From NCBI GenBank assembly GCA_964016885.1, contig OZ024740.1, forward strand, positions 314,960,001 through 315,024,000: a DNA stretch of 64,000 nt. The letters are read 5' to 3'. Of this stretch, positions 12,387-24,600 are shown piece by piece. The notes beneath the pieces are model-generated. The model worked only from the letters and a program-made list of their open reading frames with translations, searched no databases and had not been told where the DNA came from. Source of the stretch: Eledone cirrhosa (lineage: Eukaryota). Position numbers and translations under genes: made by a program. Each line of letters begins with the position of its first letter. Positions within the stretch are counted from its first letter, which is position 1.

Positions 12387-15300
12387 CAGTTGCATTTATC
12401 TTGCTTTATGTTCATACGAGTTATCACCAAGTCACAACCAGTGACCTCAATAGACAACAAGGTCCGCCATGTTCAAGAAAGAACATACATATTCACACAT
12501 GCATCTTTAGTGTTTAGACTTGTGATGTACTTATATTGACAGAATCTTCCTTAGTATATGGGCAGTTCCCATTAGTACTATCTTTTGTATTTCTCCTATA
12601 CGCGGGTTTCCTGGGATTTGCGATAAGTAGTCATTAGACCCCTTAGGTATCATTCCCAGAGCGCCTACAACCACTGGTATTGTTTTAGATCTCAATTTCC
12701 ACATTTTTCCAATTTCTATCTCCAGGTCCTTATACTTGCTCAATTTTTCAAATGTTTTTATAGATACATTCTTGTCTATTGGAACAGACATATCAATTAG
12801 CAGGCATACCCTCTTTTGAAAGTCCTTCAATATTATATCAGGTCTGTTTGCATCTATTTTTCGGTCTGTTTGGATGCTAAAGTTCCACAAGATTGAGATG
12901 TGATCTTTTTCAAGTATGGGAGGTGGTTGATGCTCCCACCAATTCTTTTGATGGGGCAGGTCAAAATGCTTACACATTATCCAATGTATGTATTGTGCAG
13001 ATCTGTCATGCCTGTTTAGGTATTCGGTTGGAGCTATAGGACTGCACATTGAAATTATATGGTCAATGGTCTCTGGTTGTTTTTTGCATACACGGCATAA
13101 TGGGCTGCACCCATTTTTTATTATGTTGGCTTGGTAATTTTTTGTTGGCAGACACTGATCTTGTGCCGATATAATCAGTCCTTCAGTCTCTGATTTCAGT
13201 CCAGAGGATGCCAACCACTGATGGGTTAAAGTTTTGTCAACATCAGGATTGTTAGCTCGCTCTGGATATTTTCCATACAGAGGCTTTTCTTGCCATTTCT
13301 TAGCCAGTTTCTGTAGCAGTTCTTTCTTTGCAGTTACTTTTACCTGCTTTGCTTTTTCTGTGTTTTCCATTTCAGCAGTAAATGGGACTTCTGAAATTTG
13401 TAGTCCATTACTGTATCTTTGTGCATCTTTTGTAATGGAATATGATCTTTTGATGCTTTCGTGTTTCAAAACGAGTTTGATCATCCAATCATGTGATTCC
13501 CTTAGATATGTAGATAATCCAATTGTTGCAGTTTTCAACGCAATGTCTAACTGGATTAACCCACGTCCTCCTTCTTTCCTAGGGAGATATATTCTATCTA
13601 TATCTGCCTTAGGGTGATGCATTCTGTGCATGGTTAAGAATTTTCGAATTTTTGTATCGAGCCTACGGATCTCTGTGCTTGACCAGTTGATGACATTGTA
13701 ACTGTAGGTTACTACTGGTATGGCAAGCGTGTTTATGGCATCGATCCTATTCCTTGCATTCAATTCCGTTCTTAAGATTGCTCTTACTCTGCGGTAACAT
13801 TCCTTCCTTATCCTTTCCCTCATTGTCGAGTGCTTGATTCCGTCTCCTTCACAAACACCTAGATATTTGTAGGTTTTTTCTTGATCAAGTTCTCTTATCA
13901 CGTTCCCCCGATCAAGATTAATGTCTGAACTCTTCAGCAGCTTTCCTCTGGTGAACGTTGCTTTGGCGCATTTATCTAGTCCAAACTCCATTTTAATGTC
14001 ATCACTGAACTGCTTCACAGTGGATAATAGCCCTTGCAATTGTTCATCATTTTTTGCAAATAGTTTCAGGTCATCCATGTAGAACAGGTGATTAATGGTT
14101 TTGTCATAGATTCTATATCCATGTTTTGTTTCATTGAGCATTTTACTTAATGGTATAAGTGCGATGCAGAATAAAAGCGGTGATAAAGAGTCACCCTGAA
14201 AAATTCCACAATTAATATTAACTTCTCCAGCTTCCAGTGATTTTGTTTCACTATTCAAAAGGAGTGTCGTTTTCCATGTCTTCATACTGAATGACAAAAA
14301 CCTCCTGACAACGGGGGATATTTTGAAAATCTCTAAACATTTTTCAATCCAACTGTGTGGCAAACTATCGAATGCTTTTTTATAATCTATCCAAGCAATC
14401 GATAGATTTTTGTGTCTATTATGACAATCTTCCAGTATCATTTTGTTAACCAGAAGCTGATCCTTACAGCCATATGAGCCTCGTTTACACCCTTTCTGCT
14501 CAATGGGAAATAGGTCATTTGTTATCAGGTGGTCATATGTGTATTCAGTTAGGACTGATGTTAAAATTTTATACATTGTGGTCAAGCAAGTTATCGGTCT
14601 GTAATTTTTGGGATTGTTTGTCTCATCATTCTTCGGAAGCAGGAATGTAATGCCGTTAACTAGCCATGAAGGTATCTTTTCTGGCTCCTTAACTATTTCA
14701 TTGTAAAGTTGGGCTAACAGCTCATGAAACTCTGTGAAGGCATTTATCCAAAAGTTTTGTATTTTGTCTTTTCCTGGGGATTTCCATTTGCTGGTTTTTC
14801 TTAGAGCCAAGCGCAACTGTTCAACTGTTATATTTTCCCATGTTTGCTCCTCAAGGTGAGCTGTATCTTTCATTTGTCTGTCTATCCATGGGGCATGTAT
14901 GTTATGAACTTTTTCTTCGGCCCAGATCTTTTCCCAGAATTCTTGCACTTCCTCCTTGGGTGGTATTGATTTAGCAGTTATTGTTGACTTACCAATTTTT
15001 CTGTAGAAGTTTCTTTGGTTGTTTTTGAACATATTATTGTCCTTATAGAATCTAGATCGTTTTTCAAAGCGCCTTATACGAGCAGCTTTGGCCGACACTT
15101 TTTGCTTGATTATTTCTATCAGCATGTCTATGTCACATGTTGATTTTATACTGTACTTTTTTTTCAATTTTCTAAGTTTAGTTTGTTTAACATGTTCACC
15201 TACTTTATAGTTTGTTAAAATTTCTATGTCAGATCGGAGAAGGTTTATTTGGCGATTGATGTTCTCTTGCCAAGTAGGTTTCTTGTGGGAATTCCTTTGT

Positions 15301-16335
15301 TTTTTCATCTTCACTCCACATAAGTGAGTGGTGACTTTAGCCGATGCATAATAGAGATGATTTAAATCAGTAATGTTTAGTTTGTTTGTGATGATAATGT
15401 TTTTGAGAATTATGTTAGTCTTGTGTATTATCTTTTGGTTCTGTTTGGAGTTCTGGATCTTAGGGAGGGTGTCTCGTTGCCCCATGTCAGATTCTTTCAT
15501 TTTCATCCATTCGATCATAATTTCATCCTTCAAGTTGGCAAGTTCATTCTCATTCATTTCTTTATCATTTACGATCTCATTATTTTCATTTGGAGTTTCA
15601 TCCTGAGCATGCACTTTTTCGATCCTTTCTTTAATTTGTTCTGTTGCCAGTGATTCCGCCCCAACCCTGGGATTCGAAGTGTTACAGTTTACCTCGTTTT
15701 CACTGACAGATGTTTCATTTTCCCTTCGCTGACTTTGTGCTAATAGTTTGATCTGATCAATTTCTATATCAGTTAGTAACTTTTTTCTTACAATATTTCT
15801 TCGTATATTGGCTAGTTTGTTACTGTCAATATAGCCTCTTTTTTCGGGATGTTTCTTTTTCCAGTTGATATATGTCTGTTCTGTATTCGATGTATTTGAT
15901 GGGTAGTACATGGCAGTGTAGAAAGCCTCAAGGATTTCTTTATTATCTTCCCTTGACCATTTTTCTCTCTTTTTCTTTGGATTTCTTGGTGGTGAGCATG
16001 GAGGGCCAACAGTAGGAGTATTCCGGTTATGGGAGGTCTCCAGCTCCGAAGTGATGGGAAGGTTTGAACCATTAGCTGATTTTTCGACCCCAGTCTGGTT
16101 CCTCTCTGAGGGACGCGGCCCTTTTTTACCCGGGTGACGGCCGATCCGGTATGAGATTTTATCATTAGACATTTACTTTATTTTGTCGCGTTTTATCCTT
16201 ATCCGCCAAGGGGTAATCATTTCGTGTTACCACTTCTAGAACGAGTGTCAACCAAGACTAGAGGGGTCGTTCTCCCCTAGAGACACGGCTATTCCCCGCC
16301 GGCCGCCATCCCGGTATTTCTTGGTCACGGGGTTT
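12387..16335 (-). mobile_element. R4/Dong-like RT-RLE retrotransposon, apparently intact (family 2)
   Basis: Single long ORF, ~160-nt GC-rich 5' UTR, 144-nt 3' UTR, ends in (TAA)n shared with the tail of the opposing Tx1-like copy. Confidence 0.93.
12531..16172 (-). CDS. Reverse transcriptase plus restriction-like endonuclease polyprotein, 1213 aa
   Basis: Uninterrupted ORF; KWSREDNKEILEAFY N-terminus; KSPGKD, NYRPITCL, IDYKKAFDS, GIFQGDSLSP, YMDD; CRVCKKQPETIDHIISMC, RHD, RPDII..LLIDMSVP..KLSKY (PD-(D/E)xK type). Confidence 0.95.
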   Translation of the reverse strand: MSNDKISYRIGRHPGKKGPRPSERNQTGVEKSANGSNLPITSELETSHNRNTPTVGPPCSPPRNPKKKREKWSREDNKEILEAFYTAMYYPSNTSNTEQTYINWKKKHPEKRGYIDSNKLANIRRNIVRKKLLTDIEIDQIKLLAQSQRRENETSVSENEVNCNTSNPRVGAESLATEQIKERIEKVHAQDETPNENNEIVNDKEMNENELANLKDEIMIEWMKMKESDMGQRDTLPKIQNSKQNQKIIHKTNIILKNIIITNKLNITDLNHLYYASAKVTTHLCGVKMKKQRNSHKKPTWQENINRQINLLRSDIEILTNYKVGEHVKQTKLRKLKKKYSIKSTCDIDMLIEIIKQKVSAKAARIRRFEKRSRFYKDNNMFKNNQRNFYRKIGKSTITAKSIPPKEEVQEFWEKIWAEEKVHNIHAPWIDRQMKDTAHLEEQTWENITVEQLRLALRKTSKWKSPGKDKIQNFWINAFTEFHELLAQLYNEIVKEPEKIPSWLVNGITFLLPKNDETNNPKNYRPITCLTTMYKILTSVLTEYTYDHLITNDLFPIEQKGCKRGSYGCKDQLLVNKMILEDCHNRHKNLSIAWIDYKKAFDSLPHSWIEKCLEIFKISPVVRRFLSFSMKTWKTTLLLNSETKSLEAGEVNINCGIFQGDSLSPLLFCIALIPLSKMLNETKHGYRIYDKTINHLFYMDDLKLFAKNDEQLQGLLSTVKQFSDDIKMEFGLDKCAKATFTRGKLLKSSDINLDRGNVIRELDQEKTYKYLGVCEGDGIKHSTMRERIRKECYRRVRAILRTELNARNRIDAINTLAIPVVTYSYNVINWSSTEIRRLDTKIRKFLTMHRMHHPKADIDRIYLPRKEGGRGLIQLDIALKTATIGLSTYLRESHDWMIKLVLKHESIKRSYSITKDAQRYSNGLQISEVPFTAEMENTEKAKQVKVTAKKELLQKLAKKWQEKPLYGKYPERANNPDVDKTLTHQWLASSGLKSETEGLIISAQDQCLPTKNYQANIIKNGCSPLCRVCKKQPETIDHIISMCSPIAPTEYLNRHDRSAQYIHWIMCKHFDLPHQKNWWEHQPPPILEKDHISILWNFSIQTDRKIDANRPDIILKDFQKRVCLLIDMSVPIDKNVSIKTFEKLSKYKDLEIEIGKMWKLRSKTIPVVVGALGMIPKGSNDYLSQIPGNPRIGEIQKIVLMGTAHILRKILSI

Positions 16336-16411
16336 TCTTTTTGTTGTTTTTTTTTAAATTGTTATTATCATGAGTGGTTCCTTAATGTGAGCATTGCGTG
16401 GCTTAAGAATG

Positions 16412-16449
16412 AAATTATTAATAATTGTCTCCACTCCAGGCACAAGGCC

Positions 16450-16451
<2 letters not shown>
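16412..16451 (-). mobile_element. SINE family A tail fragment
   Basis: Reverse complement TGGCCTTGTGCCTGGAGTGGAGACAATTATT. Confidence 0.55.
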
Positions 16452-16517
<66 letters not shown>

Positions 16518-16518
16518 A

Positions 16519-19382
16519 TTAAGCAAAAGTTGACAGGGGGATCATCAACAACAGATGGTGGGGGGCTCTCAAAATAGAGATTAGAGTAACTTCGATAGAG
16601 TTCAGCAAAGAACTAGCGTTAGAGAAAAATAGAAAGGAGGGGGAGCTGGTAGAGAAGTTAGACGAGGCTATTTGTAGTGGCATTGCAACTGACGTGCTAG
16701 CGGCGAGAATGGCATTAGACCATTTCTTAAATGCGAAACACGAAGGTTGCATTGTCAGAGCTAAGGCGCGTGCGCTGAAAAACGAGGGAACCAAAGCTGT
16801 TCGATGGGTCCGCGTGGCGGAGGCGCAGCGTGGTAATAAAACCACAATTCGGTCTTTGGCGAACTGAGACGGACAAGAGATAAGCGATTCCAAGCGGATC
16901 TGTGAGGCCTTTCACCAGACTTTGCTCGGTTGTTCGGGAAGAGTGGCGAGTCAGAGAGAGTAGCGGATTTCAGTCCCTACCTTGACGACTTGTCGCGCAT
17001 CTCGAAGGTCGACGCTGAGCGCTGCGAAAGGCCAATTACTTCAGCCGAAATTCAGGACACCCTTGTCGGCTGCATGAGGCACAAATCACCCGGTTTGGAT
17101 GGCCTGCCCTACGAGCTTTATGTAAATATGCCAGACTTATTCTCCGATCTCCTCGAAGCACTCTACTGCAACTGGCAGCAGAATGGGAGTATTCCCAGTT
17201 CTGTGAGCAGGGGAGTGGTGACGCTGATAAGGAAAGACGAGAACAAGAGGGATACATTAGACAACTTCAGGCCCATAACTCTGCTCAACACAGAGTTTAA
17301 GATTTTGGCCAAGGTGTTTGCAAAGAGATTGGCGCTTGTCGTCGAGGATTTGGTTGGGGAGGCGCAAACTTGTGCAATCCCAGCCAGGTCCATACACGAC
17401 AATCTCCACCTCATGCGATACATCATAGAGAGGGTTGGGTGTAAACCCGGCTTCGTTTGGGCACTGATCAATTTAGATCAATCGAAAGCATTCGATAGGG
17501 TCGACCATCGGTATCTGGAGTTTGTCCTCAATGCAGCTGGCTTCGGCCCTGTCTTCAGAAGCTGGATCGCTGCAATGCACAGCGGCACACGCTCGGTGGT
17601 CAAGGTTAATGGCCACCTCTCGAAAACATTTCGGCTCTCCCAAGGGTGCCCTCTCTCTGCCCTTCTGTACGTGTTGACTCTTGAGCCTTTACTGCGGAAG
17701 CTGGAGCTGTTGCAGGGCATCCCGCTCGAACCGGGACGTGGAAAGGCGGTGTCGGCATATGCGGACGACATCACCGTGATGGTGTCGATCACCTCAGAAA
17801 TCGAGGTGGTCGGCACCTTATTGAAGGAATATGAAAGGTTGACAGGAGCCAAACTTAACCCGGAAAAGTCGGTGGACTTGCAGCTCGGAACCTGGAGAGG
17901 CAAGCCCATGTCGTCCAACAGGTCGTGGGGCGCTGGATGGACGTACCGGTAAAGTTGCTCGGGGTTTGGTTCGGACCAGACCTCCAGGTGGAAAAGAATT
18001 TGGACGAGGTAACGAGCAGAGTAGCTAGGCTCACCCCAAAATAGGCTGGGAGGAAGCTATCACTGAAAGGTCGCGCGGAGGTGGCGAATGCGTACATCGC
18101 GTCCGTTATCTACTACCGCCTGGCCGTCTTGCTTTGCCCCCGTCCGCGCCTCGTCAAGTTGGAACGGCTCCTCTTCAAATTCTTGTGGAGGGGACAATTT
18201 CCGTTGCAATTTCCATCTGCTGCCAGCACCCTCTACGCGGAGGGCTGGGCATGCCGTGGCTAATGATGCACAGACATGCGTTGAGGCTGCGATATCTCCA
18301 GATATTCTGCCTCAACGGTGAACAGGTGTGGTCGCCGTTTATCAGACGGGCCTTTCCGCAGCTCATTTCTTTGACTGAGCTGCAGTCCTGGATCAAGAAG
18401 AGACCGAGACTGGGTGACTGGCATCTGGAATGTTGCCAGGCACTCACTGCCCTCTACCAAGCGGGCAATGCGATCAGTGGAACCTCCACTCTCGACTTCT
18501 ATAGAGATTAGTGGTGGGCAAGTGCGATGACGCACTCGGAGAAGCTTTGGGCCTCTACGAAGTCGAACTGACTAGTCTGTACCGGAAGACTTTTGAGCCG
18601 GGGACGATGGACAATTTCCAGAAATCCCTCGCTTGGCAGTGCTACCGGGGGCACTGCCCGTTCGGGATAAACTCTAAAGGCACGGAAGTGCTGTCAGACG
18701 GACCTGCCCAAGATGCGCACAGAACGACGAAACCGTTCTACACGCACTTGTCCAATGTCCATGCATTACTGACTTGTGGAGTTATGTCGAACAGCTACTG
18801 TCGCGTGTAGAACGAATCCGGCTATCGGCTGATTCCATAGTGAAGATCGACCTACCGCCTTCCTTAGGCCAGGAAGAGCAGGACATTTTCCTCTGTCTGG
18901 TGGCAGTTACGAAAGAAGTTATATGGTGGACCAGGTTAAAAGGACTGAAGACAGACACTTTTCTCTTCGGCCAATCCCTCATCAACTTATTCAAGTTTCA
19001 CCTGGAAAGGAAGGTGAGGGTGGAGAGAGAAGTGCTGCCCCCCAGTACATTTGCTAAAAGGTGGGTGAATGTGGCGAGAATGGCTCGTGTGAATGGGCCT
19101 ACTCTGACCATGCGCCTATAGGCTAGCTAACTTGAGGAGAGGGGTGCTCTCCCTGGGTGCCCTAGAAGCGCAGGGTGGTTCAGGATTGGTGGAGTACCCG
19201 AATCACCACCTATCGTGGAATTTATTTTGTTATATTTATGCATAGTTTATTTTATATTTTTATATCTTCATTGTTAAATTAGTCTTGCCATTGTGCACTT
19301 TTACTCGACCTTATTGTAAACCCCCACTGTCCCTGTCTTTGTATTGTCCCCTACATGTCGGCCCTTGTGGCTAATAAATGAA

Positions 19383-19383
<1 letters not shown>
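16519..19383 (+). mobile_element. Tx1/L1-clade LINE, 5'-truncated diverged subfamily (copy 3)
   Basis: Starts directly after (TTA)n 16457-16515; RT (KSPGLDG, FRPITLLN, YADD) and C-terminal pieces to 19121 with stops and frameshifts; (TTA)n tail 19384-19463. Confidence 0.92.
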
Positions 19384-19463
<80 letters not shown>

Positions 19464-19677
19464 GGCGACCTACGTAGTAAAGCGTATCATCGTGAGCTCC
19501 GCAAAGGTTTGTTATTTTCAGTTGTTTAAAATTGCCATTTATGGAAAATTTTTTATTGTTAACTGTATATAAGTATACATACATTGTTATCTGAAAAGGA
19601 CATCCAAAAAGATTGGGGCCTTGAGCCCAAAATTTAAACTTTTATAATTATCAAACAAAAATTTTTCTTTGAAAATC

Positions 19678-21596
19678 ATGGATGACTCAGAGTCTCTCCT
19701 TCCTCACAAACTAACACCTCACACCGACACCACTATTGTAAATATTACTACGTTTGCCAACACTAAAAATATAAGCAGTAGCAATATTTTAAATTTGTCT
19801 CAGGCAGACATTCATTTCCCGCCATTACCAATGACTGCAGGTGTTAAAGCCGCCACCTCCACCACCACCACCGCGACAACAGAAACAAAAGAAAAAAATA
19901 AATTAACTCGTGATATCGAAATGAATTCAACCAAAATTAACTCTTCCACACCGAACACCACTGACGCCACCACCACCACAACTGAAACTAAAATTAACAA
20001 TAACAAAAATAACGATAACAACAACAACAATGAAATTAAGAAAACCACCCTGAGTTTTGTCAAAGTAGCAAAACAATGCGAAGCATTTCAGGTAACTCAG
20101 GAGGAATTAGAAGAAGCCCCCCAAATGGTAAAGAAAGATGGGTACAGGGTCAGCCCCCCCCACACCTAATAAAATGGAGCATCGGCGCCTATGCACCGTG
20201 TCTTATAGAACAATTAACATAAAATCGCGCCGAGTGGAACGGGCATCCGAGTCCCAAATCCAAAAAGTTTTGGGACATGTGTGGGCAAAAAGAACCCACA
20301 TCAGACGTGGGCAGAAATATGGAACCGTGGATGTGTTCTTTGAAACACCACAGGAGGCTAGAGAACACTCCATGACTCCATTAAGAAGTGACGACTTCAC
20401 ACTCGTCCCAAGCTATTGTGGCCAGAGACTCGTAAAGATCAGGGTGACCCACGTTCCACCGGCCATCGAAATTCCCTGGCTAATAGCTGCCGTCCTCGCC
20501 GGCATCGAAGCCAACACCAAGATAATCGAAATAGCGAAAGAAAAGCAGGAGAACTGGTCCGAATCTGGAATGGAGCTCCTGATCCAAGCGGACCAAAAAA
20601 GCATTGAGGAGATCCCAGAGGTAATAGACCTCACTGACGGCAGCCAGCTCACCGTAATCGTCGAGGGCAGAAGGCCTAGGTGTGTCGTTTGTGGTGAAGG
20701 AACCCACCTAAGGGCTTTCTGCTCTCAGGCTAAAAGGTTGAGGCCACTCTCTTACCCACCCTAGTGACTCAACCATCAACACCACCAGCAGCAGAGATGG
20801 CAGCAACAACTGTAGCAGCAACAACAGAAGCAACTGTAACAGCAACAACCCCAGCAACAGTAACAAAACCAACACCACCACCACCCAACGCGCCAGAACT
20901 AGCACCAACACCTATACCATCCACCACGCCACAACCAAAACCAACGCCTGTGGAGCATTTTCCACTCCCCGGCCTATCACAACTGGAGGCAGTGTGTGAC
21001 GACGAGGAGTGGGAAACGGTATCAGGAAAAAAGAAAAAAAGAAACCAGAAAAGAAAAAATTCTCTTCCTTCCCCCTCCAAAAACAAAATACAGAGGGAAA
21101 CAAATAAATTATCAAACAAAAAAGTTAGGACATATATGCCACCATCCACACCAGCATCACCAACCCCATCACCACAAACACCAACACCATCACCATCATT
21201 AACCCCAACACCATCATCACCAGCACCACAAAAGTCACCAAAAAGCGAAACAGAAACAAACCCACAACAAACGCAAACAAAACAAAACAACCAAAACGAT
21301 ACACACTACACAGCATTAAATTTGAACAACAACCAATTATTACACTACATGCAACAACACCAGCATCACAGAAAAAGACTACACAACAATCCAAAAGTTC
21401 ACACCACCTCCACACATACAAATCACTCGCATCACACAGAAAACGTACACGACACTAAAATAAAAATTCCCCAAAGACATCGGAGACTTCCGACAAACAC
21501 TCTCCAGGAGGATTTATAAGGACATCCTTCCGGAGGAGGCCACAAGCAGTGAAAAGGATGGACAAACCATCCTTCCTCTACGAGAAGTAAGGTAAG
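19678..21596 (+). pseudogene. ORF1 (RRM-like region, CCHC zinc knuckle, Pro/Thr-rich linker), frameshifted
   Basis: KYGTVDVFFETPQEA RRM-like segment; CVVCGEGTHLRAFC = C-x2-C-x4-H-x4-C; frame breaks near 20160, 20733 and 21365 plus an in-frame TAA; C-terminus homologous to the 8195-8608 frame. Confidence 0.8.
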
Positions 21597-21629
21597 TGGT
21601 CTTTCCCATCTTTTCCACTCCATTTCAAC

Positions 21630-24600
21630 ATGACCTCACTCAGAATAGGCAGCATAAACGCGCGTGGCTTGGGGTCGTCATGGAAGCAGGGCCACCTGCT
21701 CAAAGACCTCACGTCACTAAACATAGACGTAGTGACCATCAGCGAGACCAGAATCTCCAGAATCTTCGGCGGCTACGATGTGTACGCATCTCCCAGCCGT
21801 CCGGGATCGGGGGGATGAGTTGCTGTGCTTTTTCGGAGAGGTTTGGATCTCGCCATACGGGCCATCTTCCTGGACCCAGAGGGTAAGCTGGTGGTGCTGG
21901 ACGTGACCAGCGGAGACGGGCAAGCTTTCAGGCTAGTGGCCGTCTATGCCCCGACAGGAGCAGGGCGGCCTGATTTCTTCCGGCGTCTGGAGACCTTTCT
22001 TGGAACGTCCCGCTCTTTAGTGTTAGTGGGCGACTGGAACGGGATCTTAGATGCACGCTGGGACTGTGTGGGATTAGCGGATAGGGGTGGAGGGTGCAAG
22101 AGCCTCACCAACCTGCTCAGGCGTTTTGAACTGTCTGACAGGTACCGAATGGATTTCCCGAATGTGCCAATGTGGACTTGGACAAACCGCATAGGGTCAT
22201 CCAGATCATATCTAGATAGAGTATTTTGTAGGGAAATAGATAGGTCTAGCATAGGCTGTCCACAATTCAAGATAGTAAGCTACACGGACCACAAATTCGT
22301 GACCTGTGTGCTTGACTTAGATAGGCTTCATAGACGAGGACCCGGCTACTGGAAGCTAAACGCGTCCTTACCAGCGCGCAAGGCCTACAGAGACCGGATT
22401 AGCGAACTAGTTAAGCGGGCGTTGACGGGGGCCATCGTCAACAACAAGTGGTGGTTTGCTCTGAAAAGAGCGATTAGAATAGAATCGATTAGGTTTAGTA
22501 AGGCTTTAGCAATAGAGAAAAATAGAGCAGAGGGAGAACTAGTTAGAAAATTAGACGAGGCGCTTAGCAAAGGCATTGCGACCGACGTGCTTGCGGCGAA
22601 ATTGGCCCTTGACCAATTCTTCAATGCAAAGCACGAAGGCTGCGTTGTCAGAGCTAGGGTGCGTGCTCTCAGACACGAGGGGACGAAAGCCGTTCAATGG
22701 GCCCGAGTGGCGGAGGCGCGTCGTGGCAACAAAGCCACGATCCGGTCTTTGGTGGACCACGACGGGCGCATGCTACTCGATCCCGGGCAAATGTGTGAAG
22801 CTTTTCAGCGACACTTCGCTCAGCTGTTCGGGGGCAGCGGGGGGCCGGGTAGAGGGATGGACTTTAGTGTCTACCTCGACGGACTGCCGCGGCTCTCGGC
22901 CACTGAGGCGAAGTGTTGCGAAAAGCCGATAACAGCCGCTGAAGTAAGGGAGGCAATGACTGGCTGCACAAGGGGTAAATCGCCTGGTTTGGATGGTCTG
23001 CCCTATGAACTTTACGTACAGATGCCAGACTTGTTCGGAGGCCTCTTGGCGGACGTCTACTGCAACTGGCAACAGAACGGGAGAATTCCCAGTTCTGTGA
23101 GCCGAGGAGCGGTGGCACTGCTGAGAAAGGATCCGAACAAGGGGGATAACATAGAAAATTTCCGGCCCATAACTCTGCTGAACACAGAGTTTAAGATTTT
23201 GGCCAAGGTGCTAGCAAAGAGGTTGGCGCTTGTCGTTGGTGGTCTGGTGGGAGAGGCGCAGACATGCGCCATTCCCGACAGATCCATCCACGACAACCTC
23301 CACCTCATGCGATACATCGTAGAGAGGGTAGCTAGGGAACCTGGCACGGGTGGGTCCTTGATCAATTTAGATCAGTCGAAAGCTTTCGATAGGGTCGACC
23401 ATCGTTACCTAGCGGCAGTCCTGAGGGCGGCTGGCTTTGGGCCCGTCTTCAGAGGCTGGATCGCTGCCATGCACAGCGACATCTGCTCTGTGGTGAGAGT
23501 GAACGGTCACCTGTCGGAACCGTTCAACATCATGCGCTCGGTCCGCCAAGGATGTCCCCTCTCGTCCCTCTTGTACGTATTGACTCTCGAGCCATTACTG
23601 CACAAACTGGAGACGTTGAGGGGAGTCCCGCGCGAACTAGGATGCGGAAGATCCGTGTCAGCATATGCGGACGATGTCACCGTAGTGGTGTCGAACGCCA
23701 AACACATCGAGGCGATCGGCACTACACTAAGAGAATACGAAGCGGTGACAGGAGCAATGATCAACCAGGAAAAGTCAGTGGGCCTGCAGCTCGGCACCTG
23801 GAGAGGCAGGTCCATGCCGTCCAACAGCGTCGTCGGGCGCTGGACGGACGGACCGGTTAAATTGCTAGGGGTCTGGTTCGGTCCGGACCTCCAGACGGAC
23901 AAAAACTGGGACGAGGTGACGAGCAGGGTGGCTTCTCTCACCCAGAAATGGCCGGAGAGGAAGCTATCCCTGAAAGGTCGAGCGGAGGTGGCTAACGCGT
24001 ACATCGCGTCTGTCATCTGCTACCGCCTAACCGTCGTACCTTGTCCTAAGCCTCGCCTGACTGCGCTGGAGCGTTTGCTCTTTCGCTTTTTGTGGAAGGG
24101 ACGTGCTCCGATGGTCAGGCGGTCCATCTGTTGTCAACACCCGCTACGTGGAGGGCTGGGCATGCCGTGGCTGATGATGCGCAGGCACGCGCTCAGGCTA
24201 CGACATCTCCACCTCTTCCTCGACGGTGATCAGGTGTGGTCGCCGTTTGCTAGACGCGTTTTTCCCCAGCTCGTTTCCTTGACGGAGCTGCAGTCCTGGG
24301 TCAAGCGAAGACCGAGAGGGAGCGCCTGGAGACTGGAATGTCTTCAGGCGCTCACAGCCCTCGACCAATCGGGCAATGTGATCGGTGGAAACTCCACCTC
24401 GGCGTTCTATAGAGGATTAGTGGAGGGGAAGTGCGACGACGTACTTGGGGAAACTCTAGGCGTCGACGAAAATCAACTAGCCAATCTCTTCGGAAGAACT
24501 TTCGGGCCAGGGCCTATGGACAACTTCCAGAAATCTCTGGCCTGGCAGTGCTACCGAGGAGCTTTGCCAGTTCGGGATAAACTCTACAGGCATGGAGGTG

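Noticed and set aside
16238-16326. Canonical HDV-like ribozyme call
   Set aside because: P1 with G.U is present but the P1.1 GG/CC, P4 and catalytic J4/2 arrangement could not be placed; reported as a novel candidate instead
20150-20770. Programmed frameshifting in ORF1
   Set aside because: Breaks lie in homopolymer runs, go in both directions and come with a further frameshift and stop; the two copies sharing them are not independent
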